Notes under the pieces: model-generated
Databases searched by the model: none
Told to the model about the DNA's origin: nothing
The model's input: only the letters and a program-made list of their open reading frames with translations
Assembly: GCA_016716605.1 (NCBI GenBank)
Contig: JADJWA010000001.1
Location: 2,349,342-2,413,341, forward strand
Reading direction: 5' to 3'
From: Flavobacteriales bacterium
Lineage (GTDB): Bacteria > Bacteroidota > Bacteroidia > Flavobacteriales_F > PHOS-HE28
DNA: 64,000 bases
Made by a program: the position numbers and the translations under genes
Part shown: one piece after another, positions 17,639-26,638 of the stretch
How positions within the stretch are numbered: position 1 is the stretch's first letter
Layout: each line of letters opens with the position of its first letter

Positions 17639-18802
17639 ATGCGCCATTTCACCATCGTTCTCGCATTCGCCGCCCTCAATTCCGCCTTGGCCCAGCCCAT
17701 CGACACCGCCCGCACCTGGGTGGTGAACGGCGACTTCGAGCAGTGGGAGGGCAAATCGAAGCTCAAGCGCCCGGGCGGCATCCAGTACGCCAAGGGCTGG
17801 AGCAGCGCCACCAGCAAGAAGGCCGACCTTTTCAGCGAGGTGGCCACGGTGGAGAGCACGGTGAGCACCCCAAAGAACTTCGCCGGCGAGCAGATGGCCC
17901 TGAGCGGCAGCAACTACGCCGGCGTGCGCTGGTGGAGCTACCAGAACAAGGAGCCGCGCACCTATATCCAGTCGCAGCTCAAGAGCAAGATGAAGAAGGA
18001 TTCGCTTTACTGCGTGCGCTTCTACGTGAGCCTCGGCGATCTGAGCAAGTACGCCACCGGCGAGCTCGGCGCCTGGTTCAGCAAGGACAAGACGGAGAAA
18101 GACGATCCCGCCAGCCTCACGTACGAGGTGACCGTGCCTAGCGTGCGCACCAAGATCTACAACGACATGTTCAGCTGGCAGGGCGTATGCGGTACCTACG
18201 AGAGCAAGGGCAACGAGGAGTGGATGATCATCGGGAACTTCGCCGCCACCGAGAAAACGGACAACACGAAGTCCAAGCGGCCCAAGGGCGAGACGCGTCC
18301 GCAGGTCTTCAGCGCCTACTACTACATCGACAATGTGGAGGTATATCCGGTGAAGAACCGCAATTCCTGCTCCTGCGAGCAGCTCAAGGATGCCGAGAGC
18401 GAGTACATCTTCAGCCGCAAGGGCGTCACCCCTCCCGGCCTGAAGCCGAAGGATCGGGCCGAGCGCCAGACCATTTATTTCAAGCGCTTCCAGCGCAACA
18501 TCGATCCCAGCATGGAGCCCTGGCTGGAGGACATCAAGAAGGCCATGACCGAGGATCCCGCCATGCGCATCGAGCTCACCGGCCACTTCGACGCCACCGA
18601 GATGGACCGCACGCGCATCCGCCCCGACCTGGCCGAACTCTCGAAGGAGCGCGCCGAGGCCGTTCGCGATGCGCTGGTGGAGATGGGCATCGATGCCGGG
18701 CGGATCACAGTGAGCCACAAGGATGCCAGCGAACCAGCCGATGACAGCGGCAACGAGGTGGGCATGAGCAAGAACCGGCGCGTTACCGTGGTGGTGAAGT
18801 AG
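17639..18802 (+). CDS. OmpA-family protein (N-terminal domain of unknown function + C-terminal OmpA peptidoglycan-binding domain)
   Basis: Signal peptide MRHFTIVLAFAALNSALAQ. The C-terminus (IELTGHFDATE…RAEAVRDALVEMGI…NRRVTVVVK) is OmpA_C-like. Confidence 0.75.
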   Translation: MRHFTIVLAFAALNSALAQPIDTARTWVVNGDFEQWEGKSKLKRPGGIQYAKGWSSATSKKADLFSEVATVESTVSTPKNFAGEQMALSGSNYAGVRWWSYQNKEPRTYIQSQLKSKMKKDSLYCVRFYVSLGDLSKYATGELGAWFSKDKTEKDDPASLTYEVTVPSVRTKIYNDMFSWQGVCGTYESKGNEEWMIIGNFAATEKTDNTKSKRPKGETRPQVFSAYYYIDNVEVYPVKNRNSCSCEQLKDAESEYIFSRKGVTPPGLKPKDRAERQTIYFKRFQRNIDPSMEPWLEDIKKAMTEDPAMRIELTGHFDATEMDRTRIRPDLAELSKERAEAVRDALVEMGIDAGRITVSHKDASEPADDSGNEVGMSKNRRVTVVVK

Positions 18803-18825
18803 GGGGCGTGAATGCCTTGGTGCGA

Positions 18826-18857
18826 GGTGCTAAGGTGCAGTGGTGCTAAGGTGCAAC
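18826..18857. repeat. Upstream arm of ~30-bp imperfect inverted repeat flanking the four-helix-bundle gene (tandem GGTGCTAAGGTGCA x2)
   Basis: The reverse complement of 19381-19412 matches this arm at 24 of 30 positions. Confidence 0.6.
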
Positions 18858-18931
18858 GGTGCGCTTGGCGTTGGCCGGGGACAGAAAGTCGTTCGCGGTG
18901 TGATTGCTAGCTTGCGTAAAAGCCCACGCAC

Positions 18932-19288
18932 ATGGCAGCCTTCAAGGACTTCGAGGAGATCGTCGCTTGGCAACGAGCAATCGACCTCAGTGCTTCGGTC
19001 TACCCACGGTTCAAAGACCATCGGGATTTCGGTTTCCGAGACCAGATCCTTCGGGCCAGTGTTTCCGTGGCGAACAACATCGCCGAGGGATTCAACAGCG
19101 GCTCGAACCGGAAGTTCCGCTTTTACCTGACCATTGCCAGAAGCTCGTGCGATGAAGTGCGTTCGATGGTGATCCTGGCCGAGCGGATCGGTTACTTGAA
19201 GAGGGAAGAGGTCGAGGTGCTTCGGACGGAGTGCATGCGGTTGAACGGAACCATCCTTTCGCTGATCAAATCCATGCGGGTGGACTGA
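18932..19288 (+). CDS. Four helix bundle protein (PF05635/TIGR02436; 23S-rRNA-IVS protein / DGR Avd-like)
   Basis: 118 aa with characteristic N- and C-terminal motifs (…FEEIVAWQRAIDL…ILRASVSVANNIAEGF…FYLTIARSSCDEV…). This family is highly recognisable in Bacteroidota. Confidence 0.85.
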   Translation: MAAFKDFEEIVAWQRAIDLSASVYPRFKDHRDFGFRDQILRASVSVANNIAEGFNSGSNRKFRFYLTIARSSCDEVRSMVILAERIGYLKREEVEVLRTECMRLNGTILSLIKSMRVD

Positions 19289-19380
19289 ATCAAGAGCTGG
19301 GCGGAGTGACTGGAGCCTTTGGCATATTAAGCTGGCTGGCCCTGATGAACGAATAGGATTAAGGCCCATCCAAGGCCGTT

Positions 19381-19412
19381 GTGCACCTTGGCACCCTGGC
19401 ACCTTGGCACTG
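19381..19412. repeat. Downstream arm of inverted repeat (GTGCACCTTGGCACCCTGGCACCTTGGCAC; 8-bp tandem units)
   Basis: Reverse complement of the 18826-18857 arm. It overlaps the 5' region of the next gene. Confidence 0.6.
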
Positions 19413-19423
19413 GAGCACCGTAC

Positions 19424-20788
19424 ATGAGCACGAAGAACGACCCCAAGGTCATCCGCGCATGGACCTTCTACGATTGGGCCAACTCAGTCTATTCGCTCAC
19501 GATCACGAGCGCGGTGTTCCCGATCTTCTATGCGGCCATCACCAAAGGCGAGGAAGGGGAAGATCTGGTGCTGAACAGCGCCATCGGCATCCCTGCTCAG
19601 TCGCTCTATTCGTATGCCCTCTCGGCGGGCTTCCTGATCGTGGCGGTGATCGCCCCCTTGCTCAGCGGCATCGCCGACAGCCGCGGCAACAAGCTCGCAT
19701 TCCTCAAGGGGTTCTGCTACCTCGGCGCAATGTCCTGCGCGGGCCTGGCTTTCTTCACCCTCGAAGGCATTTGGTGGGGCCTGGGCCTTGTGGCGCTTGC
19801 CTGCATCGGCTTCAGTGGCAGCCTCGTGTTCTACGATGCCTTCCTTGTTGATATCGCCGGCAAGGACCAACACGACAAGGTGAGCGCGCGCGGTTACACC
19901 ATGGGCTACATCGGTAGCGTGATCCTGCTCGTCATCAACCTGCTCATGGTGATGAAGCCCGATTGGTTCTCCCTGCCGAAGAGCATCACCATCGGCGATG
20001 TGACATACGGCGGCGTGCCAGCACGGGTCACCTTCATCACGGTCGGCCTCTGGTGGGCGGGCTTCGCGCAGATCGCTTTCCGTCGCCTGCCCAAGCGCAC
20101 GCCCGCAGCCGATGGCCGCGATGGCGTGCTCTGGAGCGGCTACCGTGAATTGCGCAAGGTGTGGCGGCAGCTCATGTCCACAGTAAGGCTGAAGCGCTAC
20201 CTGCTGGCCTTCTTCGTCTTCAACATGGGCATCCAAACGGTGATGTACCTCGCCGTGATCTTCGCCGAGCACGAGATCAAGACCGTGGACGAGTACGGTG
20301 AAGTGGCACCCATTGCACCGGAGAGCCTCATCATCAGCATCCTTCTCATCCAGCTGGTCGCGGCCCTCGGTGCTGCGCTCTTCGTGCGGCTCAGCGCGCG
20401 CTTCGGGAACATCCGCGCCCTGGCCATCGGCGTGGCGGTGTGGGTAGGCATCTGCACGGCCGCCTACTTCACGCGGTGGACGCATGAGTTCTACATCCTG
20501 GCAAGCTGCGTGGGCCTGGTGATGGGCGGTTGCCAAGCACTGGCCCGCAGCACCTACGCCAAGTTCCTGCCAGAAACGAATGACACGGCCTCCTACTTCA
20601 GTTTCTACGACGTGAGCTACTACGTGGGCACTGTGCTGGGCACCATGATCTTCGGCGTGGTGTTCCAGCTCACCAATGACCTGCGCAACACGGCGATCGC
20701 GTTGTGCACCTTCTTCATCCTAGGCCTTGTGTTACTGCTGCGCGTGCCGAAGGAGGAGGTGCGAATCTCAGAGGCCGGAGTGGCCTGA
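19424..20788 (+). CDS. MFS transporter, UMF1/Atg22-like family
   Basis: About 454 aa from MSTKND, with 12 predicted TM segments. The N-terminal region (…WTFYDWANSVYSLTITSAVFPIFY…) is typical of bacterial Atg22-like MFS permeases. Confidence 0.75.
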   Translation: MSTKNDPKVIRAWTFYDWANSVYSLTITSAVFPIFYAAITKGEEGEDLVLNSAIGIPAQSLYSYALSAGFLIVAVIAPLLSGIADSRGNKLAFLKGFCYLGAMSCAGLAFFTLEGIWWGLGLVALACIGFSGSLVFYDAFLVDIAGKDQHDKVSARGYTMGYIGSVILLVINLLMVMKPDWFSLPKSITIGDVTYGGVPARVTFITVGLWWAGFAQIAFRRLPKRTPAADGRDGVLWSGYRELRKVWRQLMSTVRLKRYLLAFFVFNMGIQTVMYLAVIFAEHEIKTVDEYGEVAPIAPESLIISILLIQLVAALGAALFVRLSARFGNIRALAIGVAVWVGICTAAYFTRWTHEFYILASCVGLVMGGCQALARSTYAKFLPETNDTASYFSFYDVSYYVGTVLGTMIFGVVFQLTNDLRNTAIALCTFFILGLVLLLRVPKEEVRISEAGVA

Positions 20789-20798
20789 GGCATCTTCC

Positions 20799-21620
20799 TC
20801 ACCCCAGCGCAACATCCAATATCATCATCACGATGAAGCCGCCGATGAAGCCGAGGGTGGCGATGTCGGTGTACTTATCCTGCTGCGTCTCGGGGATCAC
20901 CTCCTCCACCACCACGTAGATCATGGCGCCAGCGGCGAAGGCCAGCGCATACGGCAGCACGCTCTGCATATGGATCACGGCCACTGCCCCGATCACGCCG
21001 GCCACCGGTTCCACGATGGCGCTCAGCTGCCCGTACCAGAAGCTGCGCAGCTTGCTCACGCCTTGGCGGCGCAGGGGCATGCTCACCGCGAAGCCTTCCG
21101 GGAAGTTCTGCAGGCCGATGCCGATGGCCAGCGCCACCGCGCCGCCGATGCTGGCTTCGGGCATGCCCGCCGCCACGCCGCCGAAGAGCACGCCGACTGC
21201 CAGTCCCTCTGGGATGTTGTGCAAGGTGATCGCCAGCACCAGCAGGGTGGTGCGGTGCCAATTGGTATGCGGGCCTTCGCTGCGGCTGGGGTCGAAGTTG
21301 ATGTGGAGGTGGGGCAGCACCTTGTCCAGGGCGAAGAGGAAGAGGGCGCCGGCCGCGAATCCGATGGCGGGCGCGAGCCACGGGATGTTGCCGAGGCGCT
21401 CGCTGATCTCGATGCTGGGCGTGAGCAGGCTCCAGAAGCTGGCCGCTACCATCACGCCGCCGGTGAAGCCCAGCATGCCATCGAGCCATTTGCGCGAGGC
21501 ATTGCCGAAGAAGAAGACCAGGCCAGCGCCCGCTGCGGTGACGAGCCATGTAAAGGCGGTGGCTAGGAAGGCGCCCAGCACCGGGTCGATTCGCCCGAAG
21601 AAGTCGAGGATGTCGTTCAT
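20799..21620 (-). CDS. zupT: ZIP-family divalent metal (Zn/Mn) transporter
   Basis: 273 aa. It has the HNIPEGLAVG ZIP signature and eight TM helices. Confidence 0.85.
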   Translation of the reverse strand: MNDILDFFGRIDPVLGAFLATAFTWLVTAAGAGLVFFFGNASRKWLDGMLGFTGGVMVAASFWSLLTPSIEISERLGNIPWLAPAIGFAAGALFLFALDKVLPHLHINFDPSRSEGPHTNWHRTTLLVLAITLHNIPEGLAVGVLFGGVAAGMPEASIGGAVALAIGIGLQNFPEGFAVSMPLRRQGVSKLRSFWYGQLSAIVEPVAGVIGAVAVIHMQSVLPYALAFAAGAMIYVVVEEVIPETQQDKYTDIATLGFIGGFIVMMILDVALG

Positions 21621-22273
21621 GCGGATTCAACTTGCAGATGGTGGCTCACGTCCTTGCTAAGGCTGAAGGCGGCGCCGCGCTGCGGTTTCACATCCATGCT
21701 GCCATCGAAGGCATGCACCTCCTGGATCGCGAGCTCGCTGCCGATGCGCAGGCCTTTGGCGTCGAGCAGGCGCAGCAGGCCATCGGTGGTCTCGCTCACG
21801 GCGGCGATGCGCACCTGCTCGCCTGCCTTGCACGCGTCGAGGCGCTTGGTCCGGCGCTCGCGGATGCGGCCGTTACGGTCAGGGATGGGATCGCCATGAG
21901 GGTCAAAGGCCGGCTTGCCGAGGTAGGCATCGAGCTTGTCGGTGAGCTTTTCGCTGGCCACGTGCTCGAGCTGTTCGGCCACTTCGTGCACCTCGTCCCA
22001 GCCGAAGCCGAGGCGGTCCACCAGGAAGGTCTCCCAGAGCCGGTGCTTGCGCACGAGCTGCAAGGCGAGGGCCTGTCCCTTGGCCGTGAGCTTCACGCCG
22101 TAATAGGGCTCGTGCTTGAGCCAGCCCTTATCCGCGAGTTTCTTGAGCATGTCCGTGACGCTGCTCGCCTTGGTGCGCAGGCGCTCGGCGATGTCCTTGT
22201 TGGAGGCGCGGTCGGCCTCCTGCAAGAGGGCGTACACGGCCTTGATATGGTCCTCTTCGCTGCGGGTGAGCAT
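21617..22273 (-). CDS. DtxR/MntR-family metal-dependent transcriptional repressor with C-terminal FeoA/SH3-like domain
   Basis: The N-terminal HTH (…DHIKAVYALLQ…ASSVTDMLKKLADKGWL…) and the dimerisation/metal-site region are present. The gene overlaps zupT by 4 bp, so the two form an operon. Confidence 0.85.
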   Translation of the reverse strand: MLTRSEEDHIKAVYALLQEADRASNKDIAERLRTKASSVTDMLKKLADKGWLKHEPYYGVKLTAKGQALALQLVRKHRLWETFLVDRLGFGWDEVHEVAEQLEHVASEKLTDKLDAYLGKPAFDPHGDPIPDRNGRIRERRTKRLDACKAGEQVRIAAVSETTDGLLRLLDAKGLRIGSELAIQEVHAFDGSMDVKPQRGAAFSLSKDVSHHLQVESA

Positions 22274-22334
22274 GATTCTGCGTCAAAAGTAGAAAAAAAA
22301 TTAGACAGGACTAAATTCGTGATAGATTCGCGGC
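22274..22334. promoter_or_regulatory. AT-rich divergent promoter/operator island between the mntR-like gene and the TonB-dependent receptor gene
   Basis: The local AT-rich sequence, in a 62% GC context, is GTCAAAAGTAGAAAAAAAATTAGACAGGACTAAATTCGTGATAGATTCG. It includes an A8 run and three ATTCG direct repeats with about 11-bp phasing. Confidence 0.45.
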
Positions 22335-24569
22335 GTGATTCGCTGGTGGATAACCTCCTTCTTCGCGCTGGTCGCCGGGCAGGCCCTTGGCCAATGCGGG
22401 GTGAGGGGCGCCGTTCGCTCGGCAGAAGGACCCTTGCCTTTCGCGAGCGTGGCGGTGGAAGGGACCTCGCGCGGGACAGCGGCGGGCGCCGATGGCCGAT
22501 TCGAGTTGAGCGATATGCCATGCGGAAGCGTGCGGCTGATCTTCTCTGCCGTCGGCCACGCCCGAACGGCGAAGGCCTTCACCCTGGGTAACGGAACGCT
22601 TGATGGGGGCACGATCACCTTGGCCGCGACGAGCAATGAGCTTGACGAGGTGGTGGTCACGGGAACGATGAAGGAAGTGAGCCGCAGCGAGAGCCCGGTG
22701 CCGATCGAGGTGATCACGCCGAAGCTCTTCCGGCGCAATCCATCGCCCGCGCTCTTCGATGCGATCGGCATGGTGAACGGCGTGCGGCCGCAGATCAATT
22801 GCAGCGTGTGCAACACCGGCGACATCCATATCAACGGCATGGAAGGGCCCTACACCATGGTGCTCATCGATGGCATGCCCATCGTGAGCGGACTGAGCAC
22901 CGTGTATGGGCTGAGCGGCATCCCGCTGGGATTGATCGAGCGCGTGGAGGTGATGAAAGGACCGGGCTCGGCGCTCTACGGCAGCGAGGCCATGGGCGGC
23001 ATCATCAATGTTATCACCAAGGACCCTGCGCTGGCGCCTCGGCTCACGGCCGATGCGTTCACCACCGGCTGGAATGAGGTGAACGTTGATGCCGGCGTGC
23101 GATCGGGCAGAGCCGAAGGCCGCTTGAACAACCTCTTCGGCGTGAATGCCTTCTGGTACGATGACCCGCGCGATGAGAATGGGGACGGCTTCACCGACCT
23201 CGCCCTCAGCAAGCGCCTCAGCCTATTCAATAAGTTGAATCTCCGCAGGCCGGAACGACGCGTGGCGAGCGTAGCTGCGCGATACGTGCGCGAGGACCGC
23301 TGGGGCGGACAGATGGATTGGACGCCCGCCTTCCAAGGAGGCGACAGCATCTACGGCGAGAGCATCCTCACCGATCGCGTGGAGCTGATCGGGCAGTATC
23401 AGCTGCCCATCAAGCCGAAGGTGCTCGCACAGTTGAGCTTCAACCGGCACTTCCAGGACAGCTACTACGGCACCACGCGCTACACCGCTGATCAGCGCAT
23501 CCTATTCGGGCAGGCGTACTGGCAGCAGCGCATCGGCGCACAGCATGATTTGACCGCCGGAGCGGCGTACCGCTTCACCTACTATGACGATGGCACGCCA
23601 GCGACCCCATTGCCGCAACGTTCGCCATTGCCAGGCCTCTTCCTGCAGGACGAATGGCGCTTCGCCGATGCGCAGACCCTGCTGCTCGGATATCGCATCG
23701 ACCACGATCGTGTGCATGGGCTCGTGCATTCGCCACGCCTAGCCTACAAGTTCGCGCCGAGCGGGCGGTGGGCGGTGCGTGGCAGCTTCGGCACCGGATT
23801 CCGCGTGGTGAACCTCTTCACCGAGGACCACGCCGCCCTCACCGGCGCGCGCGAGGTGCTCATTACGGAGGAGCTCCGGCCTGAGCGTTCGCTCAATGGC
23901 ACGCTCAACGTGGTGCGCAGGTGGACCGGAGAGCGAAATGCACTCAGCCTCGATGGGCAGGTTTTCTACACATGGTTCAGCAACCGCATCGTGCCCGATT
24001 ACGATACCGACCCCGACCGCATCCTCTACGCCAACCTCGATGGTCATGGGGTATCCCAAGGCGCGGCGCTCACCGCCGAAGCCCGCATCGGCAAGTGGTT
24101 CCAGTTCATGGCAGGCATCACGTACATGGATGTTTACAATGAGGTCAGGGATGCGGATCGGGCGGTGATGCGGGTCGATCAGGTCTTCGCGCCGGATTGG
24201 TCGGGCACCTTCTCGGCGGGCATGAACCTGCCGAAGCGCTTCACGATCGATCTCACCGGCCAGTGGTACGGCCCGATGCGCTTGCCCGTGCTGCCTGACG
24301 ATTATCGGCCGGAATACAGCCCGACCCATGCCATCGCCAACGTGCAAGTGAAGAAGGTGCTGGGCGATGGGCTCGAATTCTATGGCGGGGTGAAGAACCT
24401 GTTCGATTTCGTGCCGCGCGACCCGCTGATGCGCCCCCATGACCCCTTCGATGCCAGCGCCAACGACCCGGTGGACAATCCCAACGGTTACAGCTTCGAT
24501 ACGGCGTACATCTACGCGCCCCTGCAGGGACGACGCTGGTTCCTCGGGCTGCGGTTCACGCTGGGGTGA
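22335..24569 (+). CDS. TonB-dependent receptor (carboxypeptidase-regulatory-like N-domain + plug + 22-strand barrel)
   Basis: 744 aa with a GTG start and a signal peptide. The plug region has TonB-box-like motifs, and the C-terminus is aromatic-rich. Confidence 0.85.
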   Translation: MIRWWITSFFALVAGQALGQCGVRGAVRSAEGPLPFASVAVEGTSRGTAAGADGRFELSDMPCGSVRLIFSAVGHARTAKAFTLGNGTLDGGTITLAATSNELDEVVVTGTMKEVSRSESPVPIEVITPKLFRRNPSPALFDAIGMVNGVRPQINCSVCNTGDIHINGMEGPYTMVLIDGMPIVSGLSTVYGLSGIPLGLIERVEVMKGPGSALYGSEAMGGIINVITKDPALAPRLTADAFTTGWNEVNVDAGVRSGRAEGRLNNLFGVNAFWYDDPRDENGDGFTDLALSKRLSLFNKLNLRRPERRVASVAARYVREDRWGGQMDWTPAFQGGDSIYGESILTDRVELIGQYQLPIKPKVLAQLSFNRHFQDSYYGTTRYTADQRILFGQAYWQQRIGAQHDLTAGAAYRFTYYDDGTPATPLPQRSPLPGLFLQDEWRFADAQTLLLGYRIDHDRVHGLVHSPRLAYKFAPSGRWAVRGSFGTGFRVVNLFTEDHAALTGAREVLITEELRPERSLNGTLNVVRRWTGERNALSLDGQVFYTWFSNRIVPDYDTDPDRILYANLDGHGVSQGAALTAEARIGKWFQFMAGITYMDVYNEVRDADRAVMRVDQVFAPDWSGTFSAGMNLPKRFTIDLTGQWYGPMRLPVLPDDYRPEYSPTHAIANVQVKKVLGDGLEFYGGVKNLFDFVPRDPLMRPHDPFDASANDPVDNPNGYSFDTAYIYAPLQGRRWFLGLRFTLG

Positions 24570-24603
24570 AGGCGCCCCGTTGAACAGCCGCTGTGGCCTG
24601 CGT

Positions 24604-25401
24604 TCAATCCTGCCGCTGCCAGTTGCGCTCGATCACCTCCAGCAATTCGTTGTGGATGGCGCTGTTGCTGGCCAGGATCTCCTCGTCGAATACTGGATCC
24701 TTGCTGGGGCGGAATCCGGTGACCTTGCCGCCAGCCTCGCGCACCAGCAGCACGCCAGCAGCCACATCCCAGCTATTGAGGCCATACTCATAGAAGGCCT
24801 CGAAACGGCCGCAGGCCACGTAGGCGAGATCGGCGGCTGCGCTGCCTAAGCGGCGGATGCCGCGCGTGCGGTGCATCAGCTCCCGCAGCAGATCCATGTA
24901 CTCCTGCTCATGGCCGAAGTCGTCGTATGGGAAGCCGGTGGCGAGCAGGCTGTCCTGCAAGGTGCTGCGCTCGCTCACGCGGATCGGCAGGCCGTTGAGA
25001 TAGGCCCCGCCGCCGCGCCAGGCCGTGAAGCGCTCATCGCGCGTGACCTCGTGCACCACGCCCAGCAGGGGCTCGGTGCCATCGAGCAAGGCGATGCTGA
25101 TGCAATAGCACGGCACGCCATGCACGAAGTTGGTGGTGCCATCGAGCGGGTCGATCACCCAGTTGAATCGCTCAGCCTGCTCGCCGCTCCCTTCTTCGGC
25201 GATGAAGCCTGCATCGGGAACGAGCTTCTCCAGCCCTTCTACCAGCCGGTCCTCGCTCACATGGTCCACATGGGTCACGAGGTTGTTGGCGCTCTTGGCG
25301 CTCACCCGTGCCTCGGTGAGCTTGCCCGATTCACTGCGGATGAACGAAGCGACATCAACGCTGAGCGCCGCGACCTGGTCCGTGAGCTTTCGAAGGTCCA
25401 T
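24604..25401 (-). CDS. suhB: Inositol monophosphatase family protein
   Basis: The WVIDPLDGTTNFVHG metal-binding motif and the second motif WDVAAG are present. Confidence 0.85.
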   Translation of the reverse strand: MDLRKLTDQVAALSVDVASFIRSESGKLTEARVSAKSANNLVTHVDHVSEDRLVEGLEKLVPDAGFIAEEGSGEQAERFNWVIDPLDGTTNFVHGVPCYCISIALLDGTEPLLGVVHEVTRDERFTAWRGGGAYLNGLPIRVSERSTLQDSLLATGFPYDDFGHEQEYMDLLRELMHRTRGIRRLGSAAADLAYVACGRFEAFYEYGLNSWDVAAGVLLVREAGGKVTGFRPSKDPVFDEEILASNSAIHNELLEVIERNWQRQD

Positions 25402-25446
25402 TCTCGTGGTTGTCTGTGTTCTGATGAGGCTATTCGAGCCAAGGGC

Positions 25447-26634
25447 TCAGGATGCGGCTGTGGTTGTGTTCCGGCGTCGCAGCCAGATGAGCCCTGCGAT
25501 CCCGGCGACCATCAGCGCGGAGGAGATGATCTCCGCCTGGGTGATGCTGCCCAGCACCGGTTCGTTCACCCTGATCTTCTCAATGAAGAAGCGCTCGAGG
25601 CCGTTGAGGAAAAGGAAGAGGAAGAAGATGCTGCCCGCTGGTTTCAACCGTTTGCGCAGGCCCCACAGCACGCCGAAGAGGAGCAGGCACATGATGGTCT
25701 CGTAGAGCGGCGTGGGATAAACGCCCGGTTCCAGATGCGTGCAATAGCCCTCGAAACAGGTGCCGTCGGTGATCGGCACGCCCTCGTATCCGCCGCGCTG
25801 CGGTCCCGTGACCGCATTCACGTTGTTCGGATAGTCGTAGCTCCACAGCCACGAGGGCATCCACGAGGGAGCGGGGTTCGTGTTGGCCACGCCCCAGTCG
25901 CCATCGCCGCTCACCTGGCAGCCGATGCGGCCAATGGCGTATGCGAGCATCACTCCGGGGGCTGCGGCATCGGTTCCGCTCCACGCAGGGATGCCGTTCC
26001 TGCGGAAGTAGCGGATCACCATCGCCCCTGCCACGATGAGCCCGCCGTACATGGTGAGCCCGGTGATGATATCATCGCCGGCGGGATCGGTGAGGAACGA
26101 GATGAATTGATCCGGATACTCGAGCCAATGGAAGAGCTTGGCGCCGATGAATCCCCAGATGGCTGCGGTCATGGTGATGTTGCCCGCGTGGTCCTGCGGC
26201 TGCACCAGCACTTGCTCGGTGCGCGGCTCGGCGAGCTTCGCTTTCTCCTTCGCGCGCCAGCGGAGCCAGGCCAGCAGCGCCCCCACTACGATGCCGCCGA
26301 TGAAACTGCCTTGGCCGCTGAGCAGGAAGCCCGGGAAGTCGGCGAGCACCTCCGAGGCGTTGCCGATGAAGTAGAGGCCTTTCCAGCCGAGGAGGAAGCC
26401 GAACAGGCCCTGGCCGACGAGTTCGCCGATGGTGGCTGGCTTGCCGATGGTGACCGTGCGCGTGGTCGGCTTCAGCAAGCCGAGGCCGGCCATGCGCCGC
26501 AGTTCCAGGCCCAGGGTCCAACTAGCGAAGATGAAGGCCACGGCCACGAAGAAGCCGAAGCTGTTGAGCGGGCGCAGGAAGGGGAGATCGACGCCGAAGA
26601 GGTCGAAGAAGGCGTGGTACAGGGTGGGGTACAT
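25447..26634 (-). CDS. lgt: Prolipoprotein diacylglyceryl transferase
   Basis: Lgt signature GRIGCQVSGDGDWGV plus multiple TM helices. The start was chosen at MYPTLYHAFF. The ORF table extends it to 26724 across the mtaB stop. Confidence 0.78.
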   Translation of the reverse strand: MYPTLYHAFFDLFGVDLPFLRPLNSFGFFVAVAFIFASWTLGLELRRMAGLGLLKPTTRTVTIGKPATIGELVGQGLFGFLLGWKGLYFIGNASEVLADFPGFLLSGQGSFIGGIVVGALLAWLRWRAKEKAKLAEPRTEQVLVQPQDHAGNITMTAAIWGFIGAKLFHWLEYPDQFISFLTDPAGDDIITGLTMYGGLIVAGAMVIRYFRRNGIPAWSGTDAAAPGVMLAYAIGRIGCQVSGDGDWGVANTNPAPSWMPSWLWSYDYPNNVNAVTGPQRGGYEGVPITDGTCFEGYCTHLEPGVYPTPLYETIMCLLLFGVLWGLRKRLKPAGSIFFLFLFLNGLERFFIEKIRVNEPVLGSITQAEIISSALMVAGIAGLIWLRRRNTTTAAS

Positions 26635-26638
26635 CAGG

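Noticed and set aside
17624-18718. 364-aa minus-strand ORF antisense to the OmpA-family gene
   Set aside because: Shadow ORF. The sense strand encodes a recognisable OmpA_C domain.
19484-22591. Antisense or alternative-frame ORFs over the MFS, zupT and mntR genes (19484-20536 -, 20727-21566 +, 20875-21630 -, 21632-22591 +)
   Set aside because: All overlap well-supported transporter or regulator CDSs. The genome's GC third-position bias keeps reverse frames open.
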